DNA of 64,000 nucleotides from Candidatus Woesearchaeota archaeon (GCA_017609645.1 JAFCDQ010000002.1:1260-65259), one strand, 5' to 3'; shown: positions 1-10,687, counted from the stretch's first letter. Numbers and translations: made by a program. Notes: generated by a model not told the origin, from the letters alone.

Positions 1-2722
1 CACCAGTAACAGTAACAGTAATATCTTGTGTGTCAGTATTATCTGCACTGTCTTTAACAGTTAAAGTAATAGTTGTTACACCAAAAGCATCTTGCAATTG
101 AGTAACGGTCATCCATTTCTCATTATCATTATTATCAATTTCAACACTAATTAAATCTTCATCATAACCTGAAGCTTCCCAAATTAAATCTTCATCAGCA
201 TCTTCTTCATCATTTCCATGATCCCAAAGAGCATAAGAGTAAGGGTCGTCATCTTCTTCAAAAGGATCTCCATTCATTGGAACATTTGGAATAACTGGAC
301 TAATAACAGGAGCATCGTCTTCAAAGACAATTTCTATTTCAATATCTTCTAAAGTTACTTCTTGACTGAAAGAATCTTTAGCTTTCAAATCAAAAGTCTT
401 AATTCCAGCTAAATTAGCATTAAGCAATCTAATACTTAATTCTTTATCATCATTATCAACATTAATTTCAATATCTGCTGGCTTGTTTAATACTTCATAA
501 GTTAAACTATCAACAGCAGGGTCATAATATTCATCAATATCATAAAAAGCATTGCTAATGTCAACAATATTAGCTAGATCATCATTTTCATCAATACTTA
601 TCTTGTTTATTCCGTCTTTAACAACAGGAGCGTCATTAGAGTTTATAATTTCTAATTGAACAACAGCATCATCTGTGTTTAAACTTGCATCTTCAGCAGT
701 AATTGTAATATCAACTTTACCGAAAAAGTCTGCATCAGGTCTAATACTCAAATATTTGTTATCAATAGTAATGCCTGATAAAGTTTCTAATTCAGTTTGT
801 AATAGATTAGCATTATCAAAAGCTAAACTTAAACTGTAAACAAGATCTTCTGAAGCAGTTATGTCATCTTCAACATATCTAGGCAGATACATAACATAAG
901 GATTGTCTAAATTACCTTCATTAGCATTAATTACACCAATTTCTTTAGTAATTAAATCTTCATCCCAAACAGGAGCATTATTATCAGCAGTAATAACTGT
1001 GAAAGTAATTGCATCATTGCTTGAAGCACCATTAGTATCTTTAACATTGAAAGTAACTAAATCATTACCTTCATCAGTTCCAGTAATTCTAGCAACATTA
1101 CCTGCCATGATTAAAACATTAATATTCTCATTAAGTCCTGTGAATTGTTTTCCTTCGTTTGTTCCGCCGACAATAGTCCAGTCTAAAACTTCAGGAGCAT
1201 CATTATCGTCATAAACATAATTATTTAATTCAATATCAATGTACTCATTATCAACAACATTCATTTCGCTTGGCAAATAAACTTCAGGAGCTTGATTTCC
1301 TGTGCTTGATTTTAACATAGTTAAAGTAATTGTCTTACTTCTATCAAGAGTAACAATACCATTCTTAGTTTGATAACCTGATTTAGTTATTCTATAATCA
1401 TATTGACCTTCTACTTGGTTGCTGAAAACAGCATCTCCATTCCCATCAGTTGTCTTGTTAACTTCGTTGCTGTTTGAATCAGTTAAAGTAACAACAGCAT
1501 CTTTTAGAGGGTTGTTTGTACTTCCACTTTGTTCAAGAACTTTGAAAGTTAAGTCATAATTTTGCAATTCATCTTTCCAAACAATAAAATTAATATATTG
1601 AGTTGAAGGAATTTCCTGAGTACATTGAGGATTACTTGGGTTAACAACAATCTTCAAAGTATATTCATCAAATTCTTTTTCATTTGCAATAATTGGAGCA
1701 GTTATTGTATAATTCTTAGGCTTTTCATTTGCAGGGAATGTATTAACATGACCTGAACTAACAACTTGATCATTTGAATCAAGAATTTCCCAATCAAAAT
1801 CTAACTGAATATCCATAACATTACTTTGGTCATCAATTAATTCAGAACTCCAATCAAATTCAAAAGTAAATTCCTCATTTGAATAAACATTATTATCAAG
1901 TATATCTAAATTACTGATTAAAGCAGTGCAAACACCTGTAGGATTTTGAGCATAAACATTAAATAATTGAGCAGCTGAATTTTCAGGAGTTAATTCACAA
2001 ATATTATCATTAACTTGACTTGTAACTTTAGCTGTATAAGTTCCTGCTGTTCCAGGAGTCCAAGACCAGTTTGATGGAGCAGAATCTTCAACATAAAGAT
2101 TGTAAGCTTTTGTATCAGTATATACATTAGCATCAGTTTCATCTAATATATCAAGAGTAACTTCTGTATTAGCAGAATAAAAACTGATTAATTCAGGAGG
2201 AATTCCTTGAATTTTAGTGCTAGTTGAAGTAAAAGCAGTCTTTGTAGCACTTGTAAAATCAACAGTAGAATTTATGTTAACAGGCTCTGTTTCATTTCCT
2301 GTAACATCAACTGTGAAAGTTGAGATATCAGCAGCACAAACAGCAGCTTTTGTGAAATCAAAAGTTCCATCATGGAAATCACTTGATTTAACAGTTGTCT
2401 GAGCATTACCACTAGCATCTGTCCAAATCTCTAAAACTCTGTAACCACCAGCAGCTGTAAAGAACAACGCATAGCCGTTTTGAGAAGCTAATTGTGAAGG
2501 GAAATTAATAGTAACAACATTATCATTAGGATTATTATCATCAATTGCATTTGGAAATGTGTTTAAATTAATACAATTACTGTCTCCACAAACAAATGGT
2601 AGAACAGCAGCATCTTGAACATTTCCTTGATCAAATACAAAAGTAATTTGATGCCCAGCTGCAAATACTGCTACTGAAAGCATTAAAATAAATATAATCC
2701 AAATTGCTAATTTATTTTTCAT
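1..2722 (-). CDS. Partial (3' end beyond window start) large secreted cell-surface protein with cadherin-like repeats
   Basis: Hand translation of the minus strand is open from ATG 2720-2722 down to position 1 (frame re-checked at both ends). GGAGG sits 11 nt upstream of the ATG. N-terminus MKNKLAIWIIFILMLSVAVFAAG is a signal peptide. Recurrent DNNAPV / NSNDAPV / EDDAPV motifs resemble the cadherin DxNDNAPxF signature. Missing from the ORF track because there is no stop inside the window. Confidence 0.7.
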   Translation of the reverse strand, partial: MKNKLAIWIIFILMLSVAVFAAGHQITFVFDQGNVQDAAVLPFVCGDSNCINLNTFPNAIDDNNPNDNVVTINFPSQLASQNGYALFFTAAGGYRVLEIWTDASGNAQTTVKSSDFHDGTFDFTKAAVCAADISTFTVDVTGNETEPVNINSTVDFTSATKTAFTSTSTKIQGIPPELISFYSANTEVTLDILDETDANVYTDTKAYNLYVEDSAPSNWSWTPGTAGTYTAKVTSQVNDNICELTPENSAAQLFNVYAQNPTGVCTALISNLDILDNNVYSNEEFTFEFDWSSELIDDQSNVMDIQLDFDWEILDSNDQVVSSGHVNTFPANEKPKNYTITAPIIANEKEFDEYTLKIVVNPSNPQCTQEIPSTQYINFIVWKDELQNYDLTFKVLEQSGSTNNPLKDAVVTLTDSNSNEVNKTTDGNGDAVFSNQVEGQYDYRITKSGYQTKNGIVTLDRSKTITLTMLKSSTGNQAPEVYLPSEMNVVDNEYIDIELNNYVYDDNDAPEVLDWTIVGGTNEGKQFTGLNENINVLIMAGNVARITGTDEGNDLVTFNVKDTNGASSNDAITFTVITADNNAPVWDEDLITKEIGVINANEGNLDNPYVMYLPRYVEDDITASEDLVYSLSLAFDNANLLQTELETLSGITIDNKYLSIRPDADFFGKVDITITAEDASLNTDDAVVQLEIINSNDAPVVKDGINKISIDENDDLANIVDISNAFYDIDEYYDPAVDSLTYEVLNKPADIEINVDNDDKELSIRLLNANLAGIKTFDLKAKDSFSQEVTLEDIEIEIVFEDDAPVISPVIPNVPMNGDPFEEDDDPYSYALWDHGNDEEDADEDLIWEASGYDEDLISVEIDNNDNEKWMTVTQLQDAFGVTTITLTVKDSADNTDTQDITVTVTG

Positions 2723-2727
2723 TTTGA

Positions 2728-4122
2728 TTAGTTTCCTCCGAAACCTTTCTTTTTACCAGTAGATGGCTTTGATTGTGCTTCACCTGATTCTTTTTCTTCA
2801 GGTGTTTGATACATAATATACCCTGCACCTAGCAAATTGTTAATACCATTTTCTTGAACTTCTGGTTTAGCGAATTCTTTACTATCTCCGCTTATGCCAG
2901 TGTTACTTGGCAAGTAAGTCTTAATCAAATAACTTACAACAGCAAGTTTAAGATCAAGTGCAAAATACTCTTTCCTTTTTTCAAAATTTGCAGCTTCTAC
3001 TTCCATATCTTTTAACTTAATTGCATTTTCTGAGATATATTTATCAACAAGTGCTGAACTCAAATTGAATAAAGCCTTGACATTGTTAACATCATAATTA
3101 CCAGAAAGACCTTTGAATAAATCTTCAATTGTCTTAGGTTTTGGTTTTTCAACATCAAAATCATAATTCTCGTCATCAATGCCAGCTATTCTTTCTAAGA
3201 AATAATCTTTAAGTTCTTGCTTATAATCAGAGATTACTTTTTCTAAGATGCTGTTTTTGACATTTTTAAAATCCTGAAGCTTTTTAACTTCTTTGTCTTT
3301 GAAACTTTCATAAACAGCTTGACCAAGACCATATAAAGACTCTTCTAATTCCTTTATTTCTTTTTTCTGATCTTTTTCGTCTTTGCCTTCATTTTCTTTC
3401 TTGATCAAATCATTTCTTGTCTTGATCTCTTTGTTAGCAGATTCAACAATCTTATACATAGAATGCTTTTTAGTACCTTTGCCATTAATAGCGTGTTTGC
3501 TTAAAATGTCAGCTAAATCAGTGTTACCTTTTGCAAGGTCGTAGTTTTTTTCACTGATATACATACCTGCTCTTGAAAGAACAAGCTTGCTAATATAAGA
3601 AGCTGCTTTTTGAATTTCTTGGTATAATTCTGGACAAGCATCTGCTTTCAAATTCTTTATGTCATCTTTCTTATCATTTAATGAATCAAGATTAATTGCT
3701 AATTTTTTATCTTTACTCTCAGCAAAATCAATACTTTTCTTCATTGATTTGTAAATATCTGCCATTTTTTCAAATGCAGAATAATCCTTAGTTACTTTTT
3801 TAGCAAGCTCATCTACTTTAGCATCACTAAATAAAGGTTGAGATTGCGGAATAGCTGCAGGAGCTGTCTGAGATTTTAATATTTTCTTAATTTTAGCATT
3901 TAAGTTTTTATCCTCTATTTTATCCATATCTTTGTCATCCATTTCTGGAGCAGTTAAAGCATCGTTTGGAAAGTAATCAATTTTCTTTTGTTCTGTTTGA
4001 CAACTACCAAGACCAATCAAAGCGAAAAAAGAAGCAACAGCCATACCTACTTTTGCTTTTTTAGTTTGATACCAGTTTTGATTTTTATTTTCTTCTTTTG
4101 CAAGTTTTTGTATTTTTCTCAT
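2728..4122 (-). CDS. Lys-rich coiled-coil secreted/lipoprotein-like hypothetical protein
   Basis: 464-aa ORF. GAGGT lies 10 nt upstream of ATG 4122. N-terminal hydrophobic stretch MAVASFFALIGLGSCQ (signal peptide with a lipobox-like LGSC). The rest is K/E/D-rich and predicted coiled coil. Confidence 0.6.
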   Translation of the reverse strand: MRKIQKLAKEENKNQNWYQTKKAKVGMAVASFFALIGLGSCQTEQKKIDYFPNDALTAPEMDDKDMDKIEDKNLNAKIKKILKSQTAPAAIPQSQPLFSDAKVDELAKKVTKDYSAFEKMADIYKSMKKSIDFAESKDKKLAINLDSLNDKKDDIKNLKADACPELYQEIQKAASYISKLVLSRAGMYISEKNYDLAKGNTDLADILSKHAINGKGTKKHSMYKIVESANKEIKTRNDLIKKENEGKDEKDQKKEIKELEESLYGLGQAVYESFKDKEVKKLQDFKNVKNSILEKVISDYKQELKDYFLERIAGIDDENYDFDVEKPKPKTIEDLFKGLSGNYDVNNVKALFNLSSALVDKYISENAIKLKDMEVEAANFEKRKEYFALDLKLAVVSYLIKTYLPSNTGISGDSKEFAKPEVQENGINNLLGAGYIMYQTPEEKESGEAQSKPSTGKKKGFGGN

Positions 4123-4149
4123 TTTATTTTAAACCTCATGAATTTTATT

Positions 4150-5424
4150 TTATTGTTTGTGTGTTCTTCCAGTATAGTTTTTAACTTTTGGAATGTAATT
4201 TTGCTTTGGCTTACTTTCAGAAGAGGACATAAAACTTACTTTGCCTCCTCTTTTGGAAATACCAGATTTTCCAGAAGGTTCTTTAATTTTTTCAGCCATT
4301 CTTGAAATAGTTGGGAAATAAAAAGTAAAGTCTAATTGAGCTCCTGCTTCATCTTTAGATATACCCATACCTTCATACCAAAGACTTAAAGTGATTTCCA
4401 TGAAATCATTTCCTTCTTTATCATGTGGTTTGAAATGAAGTCTAGATGCGATTTTTCCAAGCACATCTTCTCTCATATTATTTCCAGCTGCATTGTCAGG
4501 CCAGATCATTTCACATCCTAAAGAAACTCCTAAACCAAAATATTTAGAAATCATATGATCTATGCCTGCTTCTATACTTAGACTATCTACTTTTACTGCG
4601 TCTGAAATAAAATATTCTTGAGAATTTTCATGTTTGTATACCATTCTAGCATATATACTTGTATCAAAGTTTTCACCAGATGCTAAGAATTTTTCAAGAT
4701 GAGCTTGTACATTAGCATCACTAGTATCTTCATTATATTCTTGACTTCCAATAAAATTAGCTTTAAATTCTGTAGCTAAAAAACCATACCATCCGCTGTC
4801 TTGAGCGTCATTTGCACCTAAAGCTAAACGACCAATAATTTGATTAATTTGATCAACATAAGTTAAGTTTCCATGGCTTGATTCTTTATTAAAATTAAAA
4901 TCTTTATATTGCCAAGCAGCGGCCATAGCCGCAAAAAAAGCACCAGAATAAAAAGTTGCTTGAGCACCAACCATACCTGATTGTGCTTGAGACACATCTC
5001 TTCCGGGTCTAAATAGATGATAATTTCCGAAAACACTTATTTCTGGTTCGCCTGGTTCGCCAACATTAAAAGTAGCAACACCTTCTGCACCAACAGAAAC
5101 TCTGAATTCTTCAATTAAATCAGCAGCTTGAGCATTTTTATCTTTGTAAACTCCAAGTCCTGCAGTTACTCTTCCAGAATCTTTATCTTTCATATATTGA
5201 CTTGGTTTTGCGAAAATATCTTGTGCTTTTACTTGTTTTTCTCCACCAATGCCTAACATTTCAGCAAGAGCAATAAGAAAAGTTCCTACATAAGCTCCAA
5301 TTTTGAAATAATTTCTTTTGTGAACATCTTTATTTATTAAGACGTCAGAATTCTTATTTTTCATAATATTATTAACAATATTGTTTTGAATTATTTTATC
5401 CATATCTTTTTGAGGTTCATTCAT
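4150..5424 (-). CDS. Membrane-anchored hypothetical protein
   Basis: 424-aa ORF with GGTGA SD upstream of ATG 5424. One N-terminal TM helix (FKIGAYVGTFLIALAEMLGIGG) followed by a large Gly/Ala/Ser-rich domain. Third gene of a co-directional surface-protein cluster. Confidence 0.55.
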   Translation of the reverse strand: MNEPQKDMDKIIQNNIVNNIMKNKNSDVLINKDVHKRNYFKIGAYVGTFLIALAEMLGIGGEKQVKAQDIFAKPSQYMKDKDSGRVTAGLGVYKDKNAQAADLIEEFRVSVGAEGVATFNVGEPGEPEISVFGNYHLFRPGRDVSQAQSGMVGAQATFYSGAFFAAMAAAWQYKDFNFNKESSHGNLTYVDQINQIIGRLALGANDAQDSGWYGFLATEFKANFIGSQEYNEDTSDANVQAHLEKFLASGENFDTSIYARMVYKHENSQEYFISDAVKVDSLSIEAGIDHMISKYFGLGVSLGCEMIWPDNAAGNNMREDVLGKIASRLHFKPHDKEGNDFMEITLSLWYEGMGISKDEAGAQLDFTFYFPTISRMAEKIKEPSGKSGISKRGGKVSFMSSSESKPKQNYIPKVKNYTGRTHKQ

Positions 5425-5593
5425 TTTTTCTCACCTAATCATATAGCAATTTAACGATTAAACTACTGAGGAGTAGCACTTATATATAAATGTTTCTATT
5501 AATTTAGTATTTCTAAGTAGTTACTAATCATTGATTTAATCCCCCTCTCGAAGACAAGAAATATGTCAAATATAAAATTTTTACTGCAAAAAA

Positions 5594-5842
5594 TCAAAAT
5601 TCTTCTTCTTTCCACTCAGCAGACTCACCATCACAGCTTTCCTCTTCCTCATCATCAGTATCATGATACTCCTTCAAGAACTCACCATAACCCTCTTTTT
5701 CATAATCAGCAAACTCTTCATCCTCAAAAGTATCTTCTTTCTTAGATTTTTCAGTTACTTCTTCTTTGGCTTTTTTCTTAGATACTGTTTTTTTAGCCTT
5801 TGTTTTTTTCTTGGCTTTTTTTTTCTTAGCCAGAAATACCAC
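5594..5842 (-). CDS. Small highly charged protein (poly-Lys N-terminus, acidic C-terminus), GTG start
   Basis: 82-aa ORF lying 5 nt downstream of L15e on the same strand. Sequence AKKKKAKKKTKAKK... then EEFADYEKEGYGEF...DDEEEESC. The opposite-strand ORF is poly-Phe and spurious. Start codon is GTG, so the call is uncertain. Confidence 0.35.
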   Translation of the reverse strand: MVFLAKKKKAKKKTKAKKTVSKKKAKEEVTEKSKKEDTFEDEEFADYEKEGYGEFLKEYHDTDDEEEESCDGESAEWKEEEF

Positions 5843-5847
5843 CCTTT

Positions 5848-6417
5848 TTACATTCTTCTTTTATTAGCTCTTCTACTTGGACGAGCTTTTTCAGCACCTT
5901 TGCCCTTATGTCTTAAACCACGGACTTTTCTGCCAGCACTAGTCAAACCTCTATGAGCTCTGCCTTTCTTTGCTGCAACACCCGCATAATTAGGATTCTT
6001 GACAATATTAGGATGATTTCTTTCTATTAATATGATTTCAAACCAATAATGCTTACCATCATTACCCACTTCATAACTGTTAAGAACTTCACAATTAGTA
6101 TATTTTCTAGAAGCTCTTTCTTCAGCAATCAGCTGATAATTTTTTCTAAGAATCATAGTCTGCCTGCTTGCTTTTGGCCTTCTTCCCTTAGTGATTCTAG
6201 GACGCCTATGAGAGCCTGCTTTAACTCTCTGCCTGACAAGAATAATACCAAGAATAGGCTTATAACCAAGCATTCTAGCTCTATTAAGCCTAGTAGGTCT
6301 TTTAATCCTTAGAGTGACAGGATCTTTTCTCCATTCCTGAAGATATTTCCTGTACTGTTCCTTCATGTTTCTCCTAGGATTTTTCCATAATTTCGCTATA
6401 AACTTGTAAAATGTCAT
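5848..6417 (-). CDS. rpl15e: 50S ribosomal protein L15e
   Basis: 189 aa: MTFYKFIAKLWKNPRR...RPTRLNRARMLGYK...NSYEVG...GLTSAGRK. Matches L15e over its full length. Confidence 0.9.
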   Translation of the reverse strand: MTFYKFIAKLWKNPRRNMKEQYRKYLQEWRKDPVTLRIKRPTRLNRARMLGYKPILGIILVRQRVKAGSHRRPRITKGRRPKASRQTMILRKNYQLIAEERASRKYTNCEVLNSYEVGNDGKHYWFEIILIERNHPNIVKNPNYAGVAAKKGRAHRGLTSAGRKVRGLRHKGKGAEKARPSRRANKRRM

Positions 6418-6498
6418 AATACTCTGAAAATTTCAATTTGTTTTAAAAATGTTTCTATTACGAAAGTATTAAAAAAGAAGAAATTAAAAAATACTTAG

Positions 6499-7272
6499 AT
6501 GGCAAAAAAGAAAGAGGTGACAGATGTATTAGGAGTAGACGCAGTAAGAACTTTTACTAAAAAAGAACGCCCAGAATGTGTTGCAACTATAGCAGTTTTA
6601 GGAGATGCTCTTGATGCATTTATTAAAAATCCTTCAGAAAAAAGCTATATCGCTCTTCTTAATAAAATCAAAATTATTGACAGAAAAATAAACAATGAAG
6701 ACTTAAGCAAATTATTTTTCCAATTATATACTGCGCCTAAAAATATATATGAATTCAAACCATTATGCCTAAAAATATTAGGACAGCTTGATTCAGCAAT
6801 ACCCTTTAACTCAAAAATTTTCAAAGACTTTATACGAGAAAAATCAAGAATATTTGATCAACTAGAACAAGCAGAATTTGCATTTGAAACAAGACTAAAT
6901 AGATTAATAGCACCAATAGTAAAATTAGGAATGTTTGTATTTAGTGCAAAAGATAGAAAAGAACCTTTGAAATTTCTTCAAGCACAGACAGGCAACACAA
7001 TCATCGAAATGAAAAAATTAATTAAACATTATCCTGCATACAAAAAAACAATTAAAAAAATAATGGATATTTTGCAAACATTTGCCGAAATAGTGCCAGA
7101 ATTATTTGACTTGAAAACAGCTTACAAACTTTATTTGAATGAAGTTATTAGACCAATAATAAAAGCCATACCTCAAGATGCATTAGATAAAATGGAGCTA
7201 GATAAGCTGGCAAAACAAGCTGAAATATTGAATACTGTTATAAGAAGTAAAGAATTTAGAGAATATATATAA
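6499..7272 (+). CDS. Hypothetical alpha-helical protein
   Basis: 257-aa ORF divergent from L15e. No recognisable motif. Confidence 0.5.
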   Translation: MAKKKEVTDVLGVDAVRTFTKKERPECVATIAVLGDALDAFIKNPSEKSYIALLNKIKIIDRKINNEDLSKLFFQLYTAPKNIYEFKPLCLKILGQLDSAIPFNSKIFKDFIREKSRIFDQLEQAEFAFETRLNRLIAPIVKLGMFVFSAKDRKEPLKFLQAQTGNTIIEMKKLIKHYPAYKKTIKKIMDILQTFAEIVPELFDLKTAYKLYLNEVIRPIIKAIPQDALDKMELDKLAKQAEILNTVIRSKEFREYI

Positions 7273-7285
7273 AAAATAAAAAAAA

Positions 7286-10200
7286 TTATTTTTTCTTGAA
7301 GTATGTTATTGTTTGCTGAGCATCAAACATAGCTTCTTTATCGCCTTTCTTATGATCTATTTTTCTTAATCCTAAGTATTTATCAAATACTTTTTTGATC
7401 ACTTTAGGAGAAATCCATTCTTTTCTGTAATTCTTGTTATCTTCCATGAAACGTTTTTCTTCTATTTTATATGCTTTAGAAAGTTCAAGTGCAACTAATC
7501 TTTGAGTTGGCTCATCAATTTCATTCTCTGTTTGAAGCATTACAACAAACTTATCAACAAGATTGCTTGCTTTAGCATAAACAAAACCAGAACCTTTGAT
7601 ATAATTCTCAGTTTCTTGATAAGCAACTTCCCATTTCTTAACAAGTCCTGCATCAGTTGTTAATTTCTTCTTTATTTCATTGATTTGTGTCTCTAAATTC
7701 TTGTAATTGCTCTTTATACCCTCTAATTTCTTGCCTAACTTGTTACCTAACGCATTAAGTTCATCTAAATTCTTAACTCCTGCGATGCTTGTTTCAACAT
7801 CTTTAACTGCTTTCTGAACATCAGCAAGTTGTTTCAAAGTTTTAGCATAATTCTTGTCAAGAGAAGTTAGATTTTTCCCAATATCGTCAAACTTTTGCTT
7901 GTACAAATCACTTTTATCAGCAGATTTAATCAACTCACTCAATCCTTTCTTAACAGAATCTAATTTATTGATATAATCTTCATGATTTCCTTTCAATAAT
8001 TTTATTTCTGTTACGTAAACATTCTGAATTGTTTCGTATTTTTTGATTATTTTTTGTATTTCAGGCTGAACTGCTTTAATCTCTTCAGAATCTTTTTGCT
8101 TTTTGATCAATTCATCTATTTTGTTCTGCAAAGATACATTTTGGTCTTGAACAATTTCTATTCTGTTTTCCATTTGGTTTACTTTTTCAGAAACTTTATC
8201 ATATCCCATAAAACCTAATGTAACAACAGTTCCTACAAATAATCCTTTTAACACACCCCAACCTGCTTGGTACCATTTTGATTTTTTTTGTTTAAATTTC
8301 ATTTTCTTTACCTCGGATTTTAATCTTGTTTTTCTAAATCTAGTGACAGGATCTATCTCTGTCTCTTCAATTTGTTTAACAGGTTTTTCCCCGTTTGACC
8401 ATAATTCATTTTCTAAATTTAATCTAGTTTTAGCAACTATTTTTTCAGCAAACTCTGCTTCGTCAACTTCTTCTTTTTTTTGCTTAACTTCCCCTGCAAT
8501 ATCTTCTTTAATTTCATAGTTTACGTCTTTTGCAGGTAGAATTTTACCATTCTTCATTTCTTTCTTTTTAAATCCTAGTTTCCCTCCAGAATTAACGGCA
8601 GAGTATTCTATTGCATTGTTAGGAGATAATTCTCCAGTGTGATAAAACGTATAACCTAGCAAATTTTCTAACTTCTGTTCTTCTTCTTCAGAGTAATTAG
8701 TATTATCAACATAAAGAATCATTTTTTCTCCAACGTTCATTAAATTCTTCAGATAAGTCTTGTACGTTCTCCTTAACTCTTTAAACTCCTCTTTGTCAAT
8801 AGCTTCGTCGCTAAATGCTTGAGCGACTTCTTTAACAGACAAAGGAAACTTTTCATGAGTTATATAACCAAATTCATCTTCAGCAGGATTGCTCACAGTA
8901 AAAACAGAAAAAATGTCTGCAGAATCAAACATTCCTTTGAGAGTTCGAGAAATATACAGTGTTTCCTTAATTTCAGAATCTTCGGCAGGACTTGCTTTTG
9001 GCATTGCCATATTTTTAGCAACTTTAGAACTTAATTGTTCAGGTTCTTTGTGGTTTACGTCTTCTACTAATCCCGCAAGATCAGACGATCCTATTCCTAG
9101 CCTTCTTTCTTTAAATTGTCGTGTAACTTCAGTTTCATGTGGAGCTGCTTTTTGAAAATCGCCACCACCTCTGCCAAAATGATCTGGCAAAACCTCTACG
9201 TTGCTGTCAACAGGAAGAGCATTAGGATCTTCTACAAAAGCAACATCCATATCAATTTTTTCTCCTAATTTTTCATCAAATTTTTGATTAAGAAATTCTT
9301 TATCTTTAACAAATCTAAACATATCTGAATTTTCAGCAGAATTTCCTGTAGACAAAAGATCTATGTTGCCTTTATCACCAGATTCGGGAAGGTTTAAGTC
9401 TATATCTTCCATAAACTCGGCTGTTCTTTGAGCACCACTTGGCGATTCTGGCATTTCAACACTCACATTTCTAAGTGAAAAAGAGTCATCATCTTCATTT
9501 TCATTTACTAATTTTTCATTCGCCGGCTGTTGAAATTGCATATCCTGACCAATTTGTCCAATTTTTTGCTTGGATTCAGCACTAAAATCACCATCATACT
9601 CGTCTTGGCCTGAAAAAACACTAGAGTCATCTGCAATAATCTCTTCAGTATTTTTATCAATTGTTTCAGATCCTTTAGATTCTTCTTCAGTAAATTCAGC
9701 CTTTTCATACTGTTCTTTAAGTTCTAACACTTCTGTTCCTTTTTTTACAGGAGGTCCAACATCAAAAATTTCAAATTTAACTAAAGGAGTGCTATAAGCC
9801 TCTTCTGCCACTTCTACTTCTTCAGCCCATTCATCATTTTCTTCAACATATTCTTTCACAGTATCAGGAGATTTTAATGCATTTATGTAAAGTTCTTTGC
9901 TTTTTTCAATATCTTTAATTTCATTAATGCCTGCCTTTATTTTTGATTGAAGACTTTCAAGTTTTTCCTTGTAAAGTTCTTCACCTAAAGTGTCTCTAAA
10001 AACTCCAAGACCATCTATTTCACCTTGAGCTTTTCTTATTTTAGCGAGGTATTTTGGTGTTTCAATTTGAAAATACTTATCAATTTCTTCTAATTTCATT
10101 TGTTCTTCATCTTCCATTAGTAAATTTATTGGCGGATTTTTAATCCTAGCATGTTTAACGTCCAAACCAAGTTCAAAAGCAGCAGAAATATCAGAAATAG

Positions 10201-10687
10201 ATTCGTTTTTTTCTTTTTTAGAATACAAAATAGTGTAAAAATAAATATCTTCTGGAAACTTGTCTGAAAAAAGTAACAATTCTTCTGCGTGTGTAATTTT
10301 AGATGCAGAATCTAAATTTGGTTCTTGAGCTCTCATAACAACCATTTGTGAATAGTCAGGATATAAATTAGAAAGCTTCCGGGACTTTTCTTTAATTGAT
10401 TTAATATCGCTGATTTTCACACTTTCATGACCTGCAAAATCAAAACAAGTATATTCAACAATTTCATCTGTAACAGGATGCTTAATAGGAATTGTTTCAG
10501 GCTTCAAAGCAATGTCTATTGCTTGGCCTGCTTTAACACTTAATATCAAGTCTTCAAGAGATTTTTTTATCCACAATCGTTCTTGACTTTGTTCACGAAA
10601 ACGTCTTTTAATCTCTGAGTTATTTATATTATCTAAAGAATCATCATTCTGTTCCATATTATCCTCTTCTCCATTAATACCCATCAT
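7286..10687 (-). CDS. Giant acidic coiled-coil protein with a single TM helix
   Basis: 1133-aa ORF starting 40 nt downstream of PolB on the same strand. One predicted TM (GWGVLKGLFVGTVVTLGFMGY) near residue ~795. N-terminal ~790 aa are strongly acidic; C-terminal ~330 aa are heptad-like coiled coil. Confidence 0.6.
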   Translation of the reverse strand: MMGINGEEDNMEQNDDSLDNINNSEIKRRFREQSQERLWIKKSLEDLILSVKAGQAIDIALKPETIPIKHPVTDEIVEYTCFDFAGHESVKISDIKSIKEKSRKLSNLYPDYSQMVVMRAQEPNLDSASKITHAEELLLFSDKFPEDIYFYTILYSKKEKNESISDISAAFELGLDVKHARIKNPPINLLMEDEEQMKLEEIDKYFQIETPKYLAKIRKAQGEIDGLGVFRDTLGEELYKEKLESLQSKIKAGINEIKDIEKSKELYINALKSPDTVKEYVEENDEWAEEVEVAEEAYSTPLVKFEIFDVGPPVKKGTEVLELKEQYEKAEFTEEESKGSETIDKNTEEIIADDSSVFSGQDEYDGDFSAESKQKIGQIGQDMQFQQPANEKLVNENEDDDSFSLRNVSVEMPESPSGAQRTAEFMEDIDLNLPESGDKGNIDLLSTGNSAENSDMFRFVKDKEFLNQKFDEKLGEKIDMDVAFVEDPNALPVDSNVEVLPDHFGRGGGDFQKAAPHETEVTRQFKERRLGIGSSDLAGLVEDVNHKEPEQLSSKVAKNMAMPKASPAEDSEIKETLYISRTLKGMFDSADIFSVFTVSNPAEDEFGYITHEKFPLSVKEVAQAFSDEAIDKEEFKELRRTYKTYLKNLMNVGEKMILYVDNTNYSEEEEQKLENLLGYTFYHTGELSPNNAIEYSAVNSGGKLGFKKKEMKNGKILPAKDVNYEIKEDIAGEVKQKKEEVDEAEFAEKIVAKTRLNLENELWSNGEKPVKQIEETEIDPVTRFRKTRLKSEVKKMKFKQKKSKWYQAGWGVLKGLFVGTVVTLGFMGYDKVSEKVNQMENRIEIVQDQNVSLQNKIDELIKKQKDSEEIKAVQPEIQKIIKKYETIQNVYVTEIKLLKGNHEDYINKLDSVKKGLSELIKSADKSDLYKQKFDDIGKNLTSLDKNYAKTLKQLADVQKAVKDVETSIAGVKNLDELNALGNKLGKKLEGIKSNYKNLETQINEIKKKLTTDAGLVKKWEVAYQETENYIKGSGFVYAKASNLVDKFVVMLQTENEIDEPTQRLVALELSKAYKIEEKRFMEDNKNYRKEWISPKVIKKVFDKYLGLRKIDHKKGDKEAMFDAQQTITYFKKK

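Noticed and set aside
2728-2745. Two unrelated proteins (2728..4122 and PolB 10727..13162) both end in ...FGGN
   Set aside because: In the first case the codons GGAGGAAAC TAA are simply the Shine-Dalgarno of the downstream gene read in frame. In the second the downstream start is 40 nt away. Coincidence of a GG(A/C)GG stretch, not a shared sorting motif.
4044-4122. Alternative internal start (ATG 4044, MAVASFF...) for gene 2728..4122
   Set aside because: ATG 4122 has a good GAGGT SD at 10 nt. The Lys-rich 26 residues before the hydrophobic core fit an extended positively charged n-region, so the longer form is kept.
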